A DNA stretch of 64,000 nt from an uncultured Lentimicrobiaceae bacterium (GTDB taxonomy: Bacteria; Bacteroidota; Bacteroidia; Bacteroidales; JAGNHN01): assembly GCA_964590645.1 (NCBI GenBank), contig CAZPYJ010000018.1, positions 9,753 to 73,752 on the forward strand, given 5' to 3'. This document shows, piece after piece, positions 61,653 to 64,000 of the stretch. Under the pieces are notes generated by a model, which was not told the origin of the DNA, searched no databases, and saw only the letters and a program-made list of their open reading frames with translations. How positions within the stretch are numbered: the first letter of the stretch is position 1; every line of letters begins with the position of its first letter. A program made the position numbers and the translations under genes.

Positions 61653-64000
61653 TTAGAAGTTCAGGCTGACGCCCAGGCGAATCTGGCGGGGAGCGCTGTA
61701 ATTTGAAGGGTTATTCACTTTCAGTGCATACAGGTCGCGGAAAGCCTGCTCATAGGTTTGTGCCTGTATCCCTGCCTGGAATTCAGCAGCGGCGAGGTAT
61801 CCGTCGTCATCGGGATTACCGGTTGCCCTGTAAACGCTTAGGATATTCTTGGTATTCAGGATGTTCAACACATCCAGGAAGATGTTCATAAAGATCTTCT
61901 TTCCATCTTCTCCGCTGCCGGCCGTCAGCACCACATCTTTGTCGAAGCGGGCATCCATCCTGAACTGCCAGGGAAGGCGGGAGCCATTGATAGAACCTTG
62001 CAGCAGTGAGCCGCCTCCACCCAGCTGGGTAGCGACAACGCGGCTTGACCGGCTGTAAGGTGTTCCACTCCCTCCGTTAAAGGTGAGGGTGAAACCGGAA
62101 TTCTTAAGCCACTGTACGGTTTGCACCTTATCCGTTCCCTTGATCTTTCGCGTGGACACCGGACCATTGTAGTCCTTGCCCTCTGCAAAGCGATAGTCGA
62201 GCAAGACATTGATTCCGTGGCGACGGTCATAATCCAGGGGAGACAAGGTACGCAGGTTGGGCTGGTTTGAGGAAACAAGGGCCCTGGCTGATTCGGCATC
62301 CGATCCGGTTCCTTCAGCAAACTGCAAGGTGTAGCTGGCCCGGATACGGGTGTTGTTGGTCCTGCGCAAGTCATAGGTAATTGTAAGTCCTTTGACCGTA
62401 CCGAAGTCGATATTATTATAAGAGTAATAGGACTGGGGATAAGCTCCGCTGAAGCGGAAGGCCTGGATCTGATCGCGCATTTCACGATAGAAGGTGGAGA
62501 GGTTCAGAGACGAGGAATTGGATATCTTCTGCATAAAACCAAGCTCGTAGTCGATGGTACGCGAGGGCTTCAGGTTGGGATTATTGATGTATCCCGACCG
62601 GGCCTCCATAAACAGATAATCGGTGGGATCCATCCGGGAGAAGCCGGTGGGCCGCTGAGTGAGTACATCGTAATGGGCAAAGAACAAAGCCTCATCCGAG
62701 ATGGGGAAAGAGAAAGAGATACGCGGCATCAGGCTTGTCTGGGGGTCGTAATCTTTGAATGCTGAGGCATCGAGGGAGGCAGAAGGATCTACCAGATAGG
62801 GAGAAACACCTTGTCCTGCATCCAGTATGCTTGGATCCGTCACTTCTTTACCTTCACTGTTAAACCATACGCTTCCGGAGCGATATCCTGTAATATTGGT
62901 GGGATTGTTTACATCATTGACGTAAACCACATAATCCTGGCCCATATTCTCCGGATGGGAACCCAGGTTATCCACCTCACCTACCGTCTTGGCTTCGTAT
63001 AAAAGGTAAGGATCCTTCAGTACCATCTGGTTGGCATCATAGCGGTCGAGGCGCAGGCCAACGTTAAATATCAGGTCTCTGAAAGCAAATTTATCCTGAA
63101 TATAGCCGGCCAGATAGATGGGTTCAAAAGCCCCGATGGTGCGCATCCGGTTACCGAAATCATCGGTAGCATTGAAGAAATCTTCGAAGGCCGGACGATT
63201 GCTCAATTTCTTTCCGGTATAATCATATCCTGAATAAGAGATCAATGAATTGACCCCTCCGCGGTAAAGTTCATCCGGACTGAACATATCGATGGAAAAG
63301 ACCTCAGGGTCATAGTTGTCCACGTCTATCCAGTCGAGGCCATCGGTTGGTAAGCCCAGGCGTTCACGTACGCTGTAGTCAAAATAGAACTGGGCATTCC
63401 CGTCAAACAGGCGTTCATAATATACGGTGTCCTGAAACACCCCGAATTCGTCATAAATGGCGATGGGATTGTCCTTATCAAGCTGGGCGATATGGGCATT
63501 GGTCAGAGAACGCGCCAGTGTCCACAAACCTACCGGAGCATAGCCGTAGAAGGAGTTGGAGCGTTGTTCATACTGTATCCCGAACTGAATTTCGTGGTTC
63601 CCGATGTCTGCTGATCCGTGTGCCGCGATCCCGATCTGGGAGTTGTCGGTGATGGAATAACCATTGTATTGCTGTCCCACATTCTGCCATAATCCGTAAA
63701 CACTTTCCGGTTGATCGCCGTTCAGCAGTCCTCCGCCAAGCTGTACCTGGGTGAAGTTCTGGTAATGAAAGAAAGGATTGTCATAGAGGTCGTAATACAT
63801 TGATGTATAGCGAGCCACTTCAGGATTGATGGAGGAGGGATCGAAGCTGAAAAGTGTATCGGCAAAACCATTGTGGATGTTCACATCATTGAATCCCAGA
63901 ATGGAGTCTGATCCGATTTCATAGGAGCGGATCTTATGTGTTTTGAACTTCCCTACATACCCGTAGTTAAAGAGATTGTCTTTGTGATCCCTGTCCTGGG
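61653..64000 (-). CDS. TonB-dependent-receptor-type outer-membrane barrel (5' end beyond the window)
   Basis: By my translation the frame stays open from 63884 to the window edge. It is a long beta-barrel sequence with a terminal ..RQIRLGVSLNF. The plug and N-terminus are not visible. Confidence 0.7.
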   Translation of the reverse strand, partial: QDRDHKDNLFNYGYVGKFKTHKIRSYEIGSDSILGFNDVNIHNGFADTLFSFDPSSINPEVARYTSMYYDLYDNPFFHYQNFTQVQLGGGLLNGDQPESVYGLWQNVGQQYNGYSITDNSQIGIAAHGSADIGNHEIQFGIQYEQRSNSFYGYAPVGLWTLARSLTNAHIAQLDKDNPIAIYDEFGVFQDTVYYERLFDGNAQFYFDYSVRERLGLPTDGLDWIDVDNYDPEVFSIDMFSPDELYRGGVNSLISYSGYDYTGKKLSNRPAFEDFFNATDDFGNRMRTIGAFEPIYLAGYIQDKFAFRDLIFNVGLRLDRYDANQMVLKDPYLLYEAKTVGEVDNLGSHPENMGQDYVVYVNDVNNPTNITGYRSGSVWFNSEGKEVTDPSILDAGQGVSPYLVDPSASLDASAFKDYDPQTSLMPRISFSFPISDEALFFAHYDVLTQRPTGFSRMDPTDYLFMEARSGYINNPNLKPSRTIDYELGFMQKISNSSSLNLSTFYREMRDQIQAFRFSGAYPQSYYSYNNIDFGTVKGLTITYDLRRTNNTRIRASYTLQFAEGTGSDAESARALVSSNQPNLRTLSPLDYDRRHGINVLLDYRFAEGKDYNGPVSTRKIKGTDKVQTVQWLKNSGFTLTFNGGSGTPYSRSSRVVATQLGGGGSLLQGSINGSRLPWQFRMDARFDKDVVLTAGSGEDGKKIFMNIFLDVLNILNTKNILSVYRATGNPDDDGYLAAAEFQAGIQAQTYEQAFRDLYALKVNNPSNYSAPRQIRLGVSLNF

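Noticed and set aside
1-64000. tRNA, rRNA, tmRNA, transposase, integrase, or phage or defence-island genes.
   Set aside because: I saw no T-arm GGTTCGAAT-type motifs outside coding context and no rRNA-like stretches. No ORF has DDE, tyrosine/serine recombinase, reverse-transcriptase, restriction or toxin hallmarks. The gene content is core-like.

Overview
This 64-kb window is a densely packed chromosomal segment from a Bacteroidota-type genome. Two things support that assignment. Many genes are preceded by the Bacteroidota -7 promoter box TAnnTTTG. The window also carries type IX secretion (T9SS)/gliding genes: a GldH-like lipoprotein, a PorZ-like double-propeller protein, a PorV/PorQ-family barrel and cargo proteins with T9SS C-terminal domains (CTD). 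I call about 55 protein-coding genes. Most are core housekeeping genes (rnhA, pheS, tdk, recO, lysS, manA, hemW, ftsX, uppP, truB, queA, ispD, ruvC, greA), interleaved with envelope and outer-membrane functions. I saw no rRNA, tRNA, CRISPR array, integrase or transposase. All family assignments rest on motifs I read in the translations plus memory of the families; no database search was run. Five things seem most worth a second look. (1) A tight operon at the right edge: TonB-dependent-type barrel, 1382-aa secreted giant with a T9SS-like C-terminal domain, small PorV/PorQ-like barrel. (2) A six-gene same-strand cluster (24463..30407) joining a TlpA-like thioredoxin, an OM barrel, a CxxC lipoprotein, a canonical plus a motif-degenerate UbiA/MenA-like pair, and an FMN oxidoreductase. 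(3) A four-gene translationally coupled operon: radical SAM, 25-aa-repeat protein, hemerythrin-like protein, pseudo-receiver LuxR regulator, lying upstream of a TonB-dependent receptor. (4) A 0.6-kb intergenic spacer (38227..38838) full of tandem 8-mers and 10-mers and of hairpins. (5) A small dispersed intergenic repeat family with at least three copies in the window.
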